This document shows positions 58,701 through 64,000 of a stretch of DNA of 64,000 nucleotides, piece by piece. A program made the position numbers and the translations under genes. This DNA comes from a virus (Duplodnaviria > Heunggongvirae > Uroviricota > Caudoviricetes). The notes beneath the pieces are model-generated. The model worked only from the letters and a program-made list of their open reading frames with translations. It did no database searches and was not told the origin of the DNA. The stretch lies in the IMG/VR virus record IMGVR_UViG_3300031952_004642. One strand, written 5' to 3'. Position 1 is the stretch's first letter. Each line of letters opens with the position of its first letter.

Positions 58701-59050
58701 TAGTCGCTTGCGTTCCCCTCATCAACATCCATAGGCAGCTTAATCGTCTCCGTTACATCAGAACATTCATAGGTTGACGAATCATTGAAACGAAAATATC
58801 CAACAGTTTGTGTTATTGTACCGACCGTGAAATTGCAAAAAATTATCTGTTTTTCAGCAAAAATATTGACAAAAGAATCTTTAAGCAAAACTGGCAAAGA
58901 AACCGCCGATGACCCATAGCTTGTCGCATTTATCGCATATCTGTATACGTAGCTGTCGAGCGCTGAAACAGAACTAAACAGGCAAGAAATGGCTATAAAG
59001 AAAGCGATAGATACCAAAATCCTGCTGTTTCCGACCATAAAACCCTTCAC
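49748..59050 (-). CDS. Giant (3100 aa) secreted surface/adhesin-like protein with LamG/ConA-like lectin domain and multiple right-handed parallel beta-helix (NosD/disaggregatase-like) repeat blocks
   Basis: N-terminal signal peptide. GNAFEFTSAEFLQV ... HTVMAWVKT ... NWHLCAFVYDAGSAYVYTDG ... VRFYNYSLSADEI is a LamG domain. Long runs of G/N/S/T-rich repeats (GGxGG.G..G..V.L.S...N.) are typical of beta-helix arrays. Uninterrupted 9.3-kb ORF. Confidence 0.85.
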   Translation of the reverse strand: MKGFMVGNSRILVSIAFFIAISCLFSSVSALDSYVYRYAINATSYGSSAVSLPVLLKDSFVNIFAEKQIIFCNFTVGTITQTVGYFRFNDSSTYECSDVTETIKLPMDVDEGNASDYLNPWGSQALSIMHMNEYVDSSPYGNTVYGISNGLVSGKVGNAFEFTSAEFLQVSITNGPTDDNDHTVMAWVKTSTNNKYVVTVGISGTGKSTALVVDSNKCAISGYGPGYVYVTGTTTITDNNWHLCAFVYDAGSAYVYTDGKLEGWTGVINPNLLTGENVTVGAYVDGTSGFVGYIDEVRFYNYSLSADEIKAAYNNTVGTDSFSTVDLYPVFVSPTPENASYTEGKYIYVNVSQPSGNGIDNCILTWTDEGYDTNETMTVNGDYCYLNLTWLTSNPTDIQVYVNHTGNLFVTDRRRVYPLYCGERMYAGGRFNFTRDWSCSTAEGIYFAGSGINVYGNSYTLSGDSSYLLKYHDTVSNNVNVYNLTIDPDNVGIQFSYIGGAHKNYYFYNVVYYSDNHGNSVTTQFIPRWGYFFNSHLIGAFSANSNPCYAIFIGSAINGSHLSADTFNSIPPATGSGLIFQDSILYGNINNLQTFYVADNFTIDGYGKTYCVRGTSSASFDTVNSNYTGCYIGIRFPSATTGTRTGNYFNSTIGWEMPSMGLPTTLGLGNLIASKSNGGNGSVHPYGQVISDCVNMSNGNLGQILRQSCDGKSAENIVAYTISMDASSNYNTFNGMTSEYVFDWGGTENMINNSKINRYINLSGSNNLTLLNVTAPMINDVTGTSKYFRKWNVIYDVVGVPNSVTLKDVFGNTVYSSVVNAGTTPQTEYYYDSGATAYKQPYTLSATGAFGYYDNSTAFNFSSDAHINLQLASYDQLVVNGQSIQSAINAASDGDVIGIYNGTYPESVVVDKMVTIICQFVNSTLIDGGFNVTVPNVTIQNCNVSGGINSTYNSYGIIAASTGGLFTENHVHGIVASVPPCAEATSGRTGAAFLITGSANNVSSNIISEIAGGLSDSVCGGGSSTATSGGIGAGVYAASSDNFISLNVFSNITGGEGSHYRGRGGGNVGGAGSAIYFASSASGNTVTLNNMTNVSGGLGGYGVVFAGSGSRTGGTGGIGAGVFLSNTVSGNTIQKNAMSSVRGGYAGAGGLQVGSDVYGSFNQSGYGVYFEPGSLSATGSEPVYALTDNDLGVSAADFNTVDGDYIIYIYGKSGLVISGLSLISDVSPMNLGKIAIVNSVNVNVTGSTFRYVNGLSGFTNPSYNSSGYHGTHGIGIYLWNVTASNVSYNIVSNVTGGHGASGGDYALASSGMDAYGIYLGGASEDNIIQNNVISSLSGGLQGYAADYTAKDGSNGTAFGIFLEGDSMANDLGSGTSVFNIQDSDYIVYLYNKNGLSITGLTLTSFASTTNYGKIALVDTDNTDVIGNTIANYIGESGDMVGSFGGIGSYGAGVYVFGGSGNNVSSNDISEIEGGLGGSTNQNAHGGTGGIGAGIMLNSSGTNFVGYNSIYNVSGGRGGNAHNDGLTYKGDGGAGAAVYLLSSTGNTFYSNEISFVSGGLQGLTGIRAGVAGIPYKFYPKPITALEPNSGGQILRNGFSYYINWTRGDNDYGDFQIHWSTVQGVGEELIDSSVTMADAGCDSDLSCNYTWAVSGLPSGVFIFTFANESNDAGTNSSYGAFTSSPPDQPTNEEPYNGSGVIPPVSLQITVTDPDADVMDVYFYNGTDDALIGVDYAVASGGVAQVVWSINFTIFQNYTWFVNVTDGIYVTTSGIYQFMANDEPRALNMRVHDKGTNYLTFKWDNAPDNEWISLKILEQSETIRTALTTSDEWTANHELLKWNTVYNFTHYSGDIWGVIGGEYSFLVRTEGWLDELTDFPKKRLVTVKDVPSDLESYAVNVTLDDEGFNFGSLGEPDTGADFRFVDFEEVSKLNYTLQYINVTQAGGTATQIIPNATRCDGVWVNCNHTYDGDMNTFGSPFVETNASVYFNFTKPSGSKPSSKVNVKDGEGYGWWMDVPTDCWDGDTELKFRALASYNDTLVVWQCQNNSDQSWYTLRSATNYYHVYHIEMTWFYQANVWLTVYLDHLDGDYEMKFWMYYGKSGASSESQSLSYSGVWQNVTIGPEIELEYPLAVLSNLTVEAINDTAINVSWDVDPTSDNWVRYSFNPWFVGENMTGYFNESAIPKFNISGLQENSTYYIRAMSCVSGAEETCGYADANITLGSLPSVPIVEFLNYTEDRPNEQVTVCLNLTDADSQTVDLYFQYWEEDTLNEFFNESSKVTGIVSAPMVSCFIVPVVYGKTFFYRAVAEGDQSTGYSDAYENEFRVPEFCFAGSPITDDDDNRVRLCSGYREGSCQREDSIWIETNVTGSGNLRLRWWNGTVWAFESMSNTSDMWYIEKENLVQSWYTFEVWNDTMMVINWTKPSLSHPLNQPNQNERKYVSFGCIPEPLEYKLLYMEGMPRFNYSVYRWCIESGGDLYECMMVEYYGGGRESGLGPERSGTLYDAGELFRGGIWNGESFDTGVLNPTRGVHTFDKNKIRLPSGEEIPYGGQPVDGFNADSPEGTDQYRYCFAFLDFWWNETIIPSNGIRNYYTHYWHSDSWWSIYFWHAQNYVMDYNAIFSWQYDLNAMTRDFHANPSTMLTQENDVIEGVAANIFNATYPESLGVYFKEFSEIQFTSDDDIYDYGLHLDAMWTNVMFGRYQQAFVIFNLPDNATLQGMDSDSDNLTDFVELFTYYTNPFSADTDEGGFTDGQEINFYGTNPNIWEDDDNSLPVVDVYYPVNGTVYPVGNVTIFGVVYDAHLDLVFINDSRFNNTGNLTDFNFVATGLPDGTYYLRVTANDTAFNVKSVDVMFKVDTSPPFIYDVSVQPIATPLEDSVVYVSVNFSADDVSGVTGAVHYGKIYKGSESVINSSCRNYNISATARRFECTLPMQYYYAAGIWAAELHVCDLGLLCNTSLIGSLTYNELKAWVSDTSTISFGSYMLNDGPTFPDYVTLRNTGNVNQTNITITAYSLVGVSQPTYLLPVDGNVFKAGPTGIWATSTGLLDGIAVVIDGAYLDRRGSGTGLLTLYFGIDPSALPSETAKQVYVNDVGQEWYISS

Positions 59051-59177
59051 GTGATGACACCCGATAACTGCTATTAATTATCTAAGGGGAAAGCAGTTTA
59101 AATGCCTGTCGTTTCTGCCATACAGAAACACATTAACGCAATTCACTCCTCAACGGTAATACACATACACGAAATAT

Positions 59178-59663
59178 TTATTTTTGGTCACGGTCAACTT
59201 TGCCAGCAGGGCCAGTCAGCTCCAGCGTAACCAAGTCCTGCGGCGCAGATGGAATCTCAATCATCTGCTGGCTCGTTCTCATAGGTATATCAAGCGAGTA
59301 TTTCTGGGCAATCTGGACAACGAACTGAGCGAGCTCGAAGTACGATTCCTTGGCGTAGCGGATGAGCTGATGGAGCGGGTATTCACGCTCAGTGCCATTA
59401 TTGTCCTTGAATTCTATGACTTTCGAGATGTTCGACCCAAGGTTGGTCAGGATTGCCATCTCCGTGACAGAAAGCGGAAGCATTATTTTCTCATGAGTGT
59501 TCTTGTTGATAAAGTCCAGACGCTTGATGATAGCCTCATCTGGGTTCGGCTCGGATTTTGTAAGGCAATAACAGATAGTAAGCGACAACGTATAGAATTC
59601 ACGCATTGCATAAATTTTAAAAAACAAATCGAATAAATATTGTAGGACTTTCAAATTAACCAC
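59178..59663 (-). CDS. Hypothetical protein (161 aa)
   Basis: Minus ORF. Confidence 0.4.
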   Translation of the reverse strand: MVNLKVLQYLFDLFFKIYAMREFYTLSLTICYCLTKSEPNPDEAIIKRLDFINKNTHEKIMLPLSVTEMAILTNLGSNISKVIEFKDNNGTEREYPLHQLIRYAKESYFELAQFVVQIAQKYSLDIPMRTSQQMIEIPSAPQDLVTLELTGPAGKVDRDQK

Positions 59664-60042
59664 TTCTCAGTTTTGACAAAGCAATCTGCGCTTCCCGCCC
59701 ACTCACTGGAACCAACTTCGTAGTACAGTCTGGAGATTTGTATGTATCAGCTTCGAGGCTGGCATATCGGCGGCAAATCCATGGACGCTTCGCATAGATT
59801 TCACATTTTCCAGTTTTCTCATCAAGATAATTGCACGGCTGGTACACAAGGACAGCGAGCTTGCCGTCCTTTCGGACACGGGCCTCAGCCCCATGGATTT
59901 CATAATATTTCACATCATCTGGATTGGATGGGTTTACTACAAAGACCAGCCATTTACAGCACCACGAACCACAACGAGAAGGCTCGCATATACCCTGAAC
60001 TTTGTGAATGTGGTCACCTATCAGACGATATTCTTCCTGCAA
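59656..60042 (-). CDS. YkgJ-family CxxCxxCC protein (second copy)
   Basis: CEPSRCGSWCC ... CNYL ... CEIYAKRPWICRRYAS. Confidence 0.45.
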   Translation of the reverse strand: MQEEYRLIGDHIHKVQGICEPSRCGSWCCKWLVFVVNPSNPDDVKYYEIHGAEARVRKDGKLAVLVYQPCNYLDEKTGKCEIYAKRPWICRRYASLEADTYKSPDCTTKLVPVSGREAQIALSKLRSG

Positions 60043-60235
60043 GTTACCACCAAATATGTAAATCTGGTATCACGACACTCAGGACGTACCACAGCAACAG
60101 GAAAGCGATGAGAACCATCCCACCCATCCACCATAAGTCCATCGGGTCGAATCCACCACGCATCTTCCTGACTACATAGGCCGCCTTCACAAAGCTGATT
60201 ATCCTGCCTAACATGTTCTTTTTACCTCCGGCACA

Positions 60236-60943
60236 TCAGTGCTTCTGGAACTTAGTCCGCTTCCCACCAGCAGGCTGCACTCCCTGCACAAGATTCAGCC
60301 GCTCAAACAAATGGTCAAGCTGCTGGTCAAGCTGTTGCAGGTATTCCTCGATGGCAAAAAGCCTCGCATTGAAGCTCTTCAGATGCTCTGCAAGGCTCAT
60401 ATCTGCCATCATCAGTTGCTCGAGTATGCTCGGGCCAGCAGCAATCGGCTGAGGCGGAGCTGGCCTTCCCATAGGCCGCTGAACTGGAGCCATAGGCTGC
60501 TGCACTGGCGGCTGCATCGGCTGCTGCACAGGCTGAGCTTGCTGAACTTCCATTGGCTGTTGCGGATACGGATATTCCTGAGCAGGCGGCTGAACTTGCT
60601 GTTGTTGATATGGATAGCCTCCTCCCACCAACTGCTGATTGAACTGCGCCATCTGCTGAGCAGCCATAGGCGAAGCGAACGACGGGTCGCCCTTATCTTT
60701 CTTTTTCCTGCCAAAAACCATTCTGAATCCCCCCTTTATCAATTTCAAGACTGGCCTTAAAAGCTTGCCAAAAATCCAGCCTGAAAATATAAACGTTCTC
60801 AAAGATGCCTTCGTCGCCTGAGCAATCATCTCCCGCTCGTTCCTCGGATTCTTGTCCATCCCATCCATCATCCATTCCGTCATCCCCCTGAACTGCTCAT
60901 AGGTCGACTTCGGCTTGGCTTCCTGAGCCTTCTTCTTTCCCAA
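60236..60943 (-). CDS. Q/P-rich low-complexity protein with C-terminal coiled coil (235 aa)
   Basis: QQQVQPPAQEYPYPQQPMEVQQAQPVQQPMQPPVQQPMAPVQRP. Long alternative-frame ORFs on both strands show it is compositional, but the minus orientation fits the context. Confidence 0.4.
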   Translation of the reverse strand: MGKKKAQEAKPKSTYEQFRGMTEWMMDGMDKNPRNEREMIAQATKASLRTFIFSGWIFGKLLRPVLKLIKGGFRMVFGRKKKDKGDPSFASPMAAQQMAQFNQQLVGGGYPYQQQQVQPPAQEYPYPQQPMEVQQAQPVQQPMQPPVQQPMAPVQRPMGRPAPPQPIAAGPSILEQLMMADMSLAEHLKSFNARLFAIEEYLQQLDQQLDHLFERLNLVQGVQPAGGKRTKFQKH

Positions 60944-63900
60944 TCAAATCACCATCCCATTCAAGCACGAAACCCGAAATCATCCACCACTCAGAACTGA
61001 ACAAATTCTCATATTTAGATATCTTCACCTTGGCCCCTAGCTGACACCTGAGAATATTCAGAGAATCACCGCAAAGACCAGACTGAAGATTTACAGGATT
61101 TTCGATTATCACACCAACTGGAGTGTCTTCTGCGACACGCTCAACAGTGACCCAATAACCAGAAGAATCATAGCCAGTGATTACACCATAGGCGCTGTAT
61201 TTGTAATCAGGATACAAGTACATGAAAAGCAGAGACGCAATGATTACCGCAAATGCCGAAAGATAAAGAACGAACAATTTATTCTTGTGAATACGTTCAA
61301 GAAGCAACGAATGCATCGATGAGTTGAAACCACCATCTTCATCAACAGAACGTCTGAACATCATTTTGCAGCACCCTTGACTCTGACATCAGCATATTCC
61401 GAATCCTTCGGCATAACGAGTTCGACCTTGATTTCTGGAGTGAGGACAAAATCATCTGGAACATTGAGCTTCGCATGCGGTATAAACCGCTCAAAGAATT
61501 TGTCCGAAAGATTGATATCGAGCTTGATGGCAATCTCGCTCTGAGCGAGAGCTGGAACATACTTAGTAGTTCGAACACTTCCACCATTGCTCACAATAAG
61601 AAAGCAATTCAATTTCATTTTTTCACCACCTTGATTTTAACGGAATTCTTCTGCTCACGGAGCTTCTTAACGACTTCACGCTTGCGCTCCGCCGACATCA
61701 TGCCAGTGAAAGTCAGGCTATGCAGGTCATTGACCTTCTCCTCAAGCTGAACCAGCCGCTCACCGAACCTTTCATTTGGCCGCTTGGCAATCTCATCAAG
61801 AACTCCAAACATCGTGTAACGGATGACAAGCAGCATGCCGATTGACTGGACAACTGTAATCGCTGGAGAAGACGGTGGGAGTTTCGCACCAGCAAAAACT
61901 GAAAGAAGCAGGGCGAATCCGATAGTTCCTTCCCAGAGCATATAGCAATACAATCCTCCAAGCACACAGAGCATGGAAACCAAATAATAATACATTATTC
62001 TTCCGATGCGATGCTCTAAATATGTCTGGTAAATGAGCTTCCACGCATTAATAAGAGCACCAATCATGGAGACACCTCGATGGTTATTTTCTCAATGGAA
62101 TACAATTTCTGCCGCATCACGGAGAGGAAGTCATCAGATGCGCATATCTGAGAATCCATAGCTCTCTCAAGTGTCTTAGCCATGTCCACTGCAACTGATG
62201 CCATGCATTTTCTCATAAACCCTTCACCATATCACTCGGCTTGCGTGGTGCACGAATGGTCATCTCAACATCTTCGGACATTTTACACTTAGCACCGCAA
62301 GAGCAGCATTCCACGAACGACTCATCTGGATTTATCCTGTTATCGAATATCCTGAACTTTGGATTCTTATTCTTTACGCTCACGTTTCCTGCCTCCAATA
62401 ATCTTCCGCAATAAATTCGAATCATTCATTAGGTCGATGATGCTCACTTTCGGAACACCCGTATATGTCTCAAAATATACACGGCAATCAACATCCGCAT
62501 CTATATCGATGAACCTGCTGATGAATTCATCCTTCATATCACTGAACTTCATAACCGCATCCTCAAGTATTTGCTTCGGCACACGATTCTTCTTGAAGAT
62601 TATCTCGATGACGACCTTGGCTGTCCGCATCAAAGCACCTTTCCTGAAATTTCAATCTTCACTTTGCTATCCAACTCCTTCAGCGGGCCCGTGAACTGCG
62701 GCGTATTCTGCATAACACGCCTGTAGTCCGTAACGAGGCCGTCAACAAGTTGTTTTACATTGATATGCTGGCCACTCTCCACAAGCTTCTTGACATACCC
62801 TTCAAGCTTTTCGCTGAAATGGATTTCGATTGAAATTACCGCAACATCTTTCATCTAATACCCTCCCATGTTTTTCATCTCAACAACATCCGAAACCTTG
62901 TCATAGAACAGGTTGAGCTTATCATAAAGGTCACGATTCCTAGCACGCAGGACTCGCAACATCGTCGCAAGCTGGAACTCATTGATGTGAATGCAGACAT
63001 CATTATCCGTGATAACGAGCCTGCCATATTTGCCGCAATGCTCACATTTCGATTGCGGTTCCTTCTTATTTGCATCATCTGACACCTTGAACCTTGATGA
63101 ATCGACCAGTTTCAGCTCAAACACGAGCATGAACTCAGCCCCCCTCCTCTGCACCAGTTATGGTATCACCCTTCGTTCTCATGATGTAACGCACATTCGG
63201 ATTCATGTTGATGGCCTGACGCTGCACCTTTGAAAAGTCCTCTGTCTGCTGATACATCGTATCAATCAGAGCGACATCCTTTGCCCTCGCATAAGCGAGC
63301 AAGTCCATGTTGATGATATTGCCTTTTTCATCAGCTATCAACGGATAATAATAATAGCCGCCCTTATCAACACCTTCACCTTTAACAAGGATAATAGAAT
63401 CCCCCTCGAGAATCAGGTCTTTCGGGATTTCATGCTCAACGATACTACGCTGCTTCGTTTTGCTATCAACGACTTCAATCCTGATTTTATCGTTCATATT
63501 GACCTTGACTATGAACGAATTTTTCCAGAAGACGTATTTCCTCGAGTTCCAGAGCATGAAATTCCTGTTGCCATCTGCGGTAACGCACTCACCGAGATAA
63601 TATCCTATCACCTTGACCCCGAAACGACCAGCAACAATCAGTATGTCATGCTGGGCAAAAAAGCCAGCGAGCTTGATAACGATGGAAATGAGGACACCAG
63701 CAAAGAAAATCCCAATACCAAGGAAGAATGCTGATACATCATCAGTGATGAGAGCTATCACAAGCAGTAGGACAGGAACAAAAATAGCGACCGCAAGGAT
63801 ATACATCCAGATTGGCCGCTGCCTGATGCGCTTCTGATTCTTGCCTATTTTACACAACGTAACAGTGCGAACATAATCTTTCAGGAATATATTGTCCTTC

Positions 63901-63998
63901 TCCTTTTTGGTTTTCAGCCATTTCAGCAAAAACATCAGGATGATGAAAACACCACCACAGATTACCAGAGGCATCCACCAAGTCGCCAAGAAGTTCAC
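60897..63998 (-). CDS. Run of eight hypothetical proteins (60897-61364 TM; 61361-61618; 61615-62067 TM; 62213-62425 Zn; 62367-62633; 62630-62854; 62855-63154 Zn; 63135-63998 polytopic membrane protein)
   Basis: Consecutive, mostly overlapping minus ORFs. No recognised catalytic motifs. Confidence 0.35.
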
Positions 63999-64000
63999 GA

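Noticed and set aside
49748-59050. Antisense or alternative-frame ORFs inside the giant gene, e.g. 50648-51259 and 53156-53941 on plus, 51163-51594 on minus
   Set aside because: They are embedded in an uninterrupted 9.3-kb ORF with coherent domain content. They are typical shadow ORFs of a compositionally biased gene.
1-64000. CRISPR array anywhere in the window
   Set aside because: No run of regularly spaced identical 25-40-nt repeats was seen. The GAAAAC-rich stretch near 2600-2720 is irregular.
1-64000. Identification as a Borg element of Methanoperedens
   Set aside because: Single-strand coding, giant surface protein and tRNAs fit, but GC here looks about 45-50% rather than the low-30s I recall for Borgs. 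No Borg-specific markers are recognisable by eye.

Overview
This 64-kb window is dense and almost uniformly minus-strand coding. It looks like part of a large archaeal virus, provirus, or giant extrachromosomal element rather than a core chromosome. The archaeal assignment is inferred from spliceosome-independent tRNA introns, BRE/TATA promoters close to start codons, and TFB-like, Hjc-like and Topo-VI-A-like proteins. The virus-like character is inferred from a tRNA array plus HNH, ParB-nuclease, MazG, ATP-grasp, RNase H, Cas4-like, YopX and HD genes; no capsid or terminase gene is visible. GC is roughly 45-50% with one AT-rich insertion, too high for a typical Borg.

Features I can support:
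- 1-2518: a minus-strand array of about 10 tRNA genes, several with long anticodon-loop introns, and one ORF embedded in the array.
- 7051-8244 (+): an IS200/IS605-type TnpB element with a probable omega-RNA region.
- 8.4-26.8 kb: a run of nucleic-acid-metabolism genes.
- 26.9-32.5 kb: a six-gene, translationally coupled operon of TPM, a 53-aa ORF, radical-SAM/SPASM, a DUF2207-like Zn-ribbon membrane protein, a small membrane protein and LemA, next to an SPFH/stomatin gene.
- 32525-35974: a 3.45-kb AT-rich transposon with perfect 17-bp inverted ends and a 9-bp target duplication. It carries an IS4/IS5 SWIM-DDE transposase, a ClpP-fold SDH-type protease with a coupled small ORF, an RHH gene and a DUF5678-like plus retropepsin-like pair.
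- 42502-43704: a stand-alone Topo-VI-A/Spo11 ('mini-A') homolog.
- 45.6-59.0 kb: a second radical-SAM/SPASM plus MBL-fold cluster with small Cys/membrane peptides, directly downstream of a 3100-aa beta-helix/LamG surface protein.

The best candidates for something undescribed are the two radical-SAM peptide-maturase-like modules (one embedded in the LemA/TPM/SPFH membrane operon, one attached to the giant adhesin) and the cargo-carrying transposon. All functional calls are motif recognition by eye; nothing was searched or computed.
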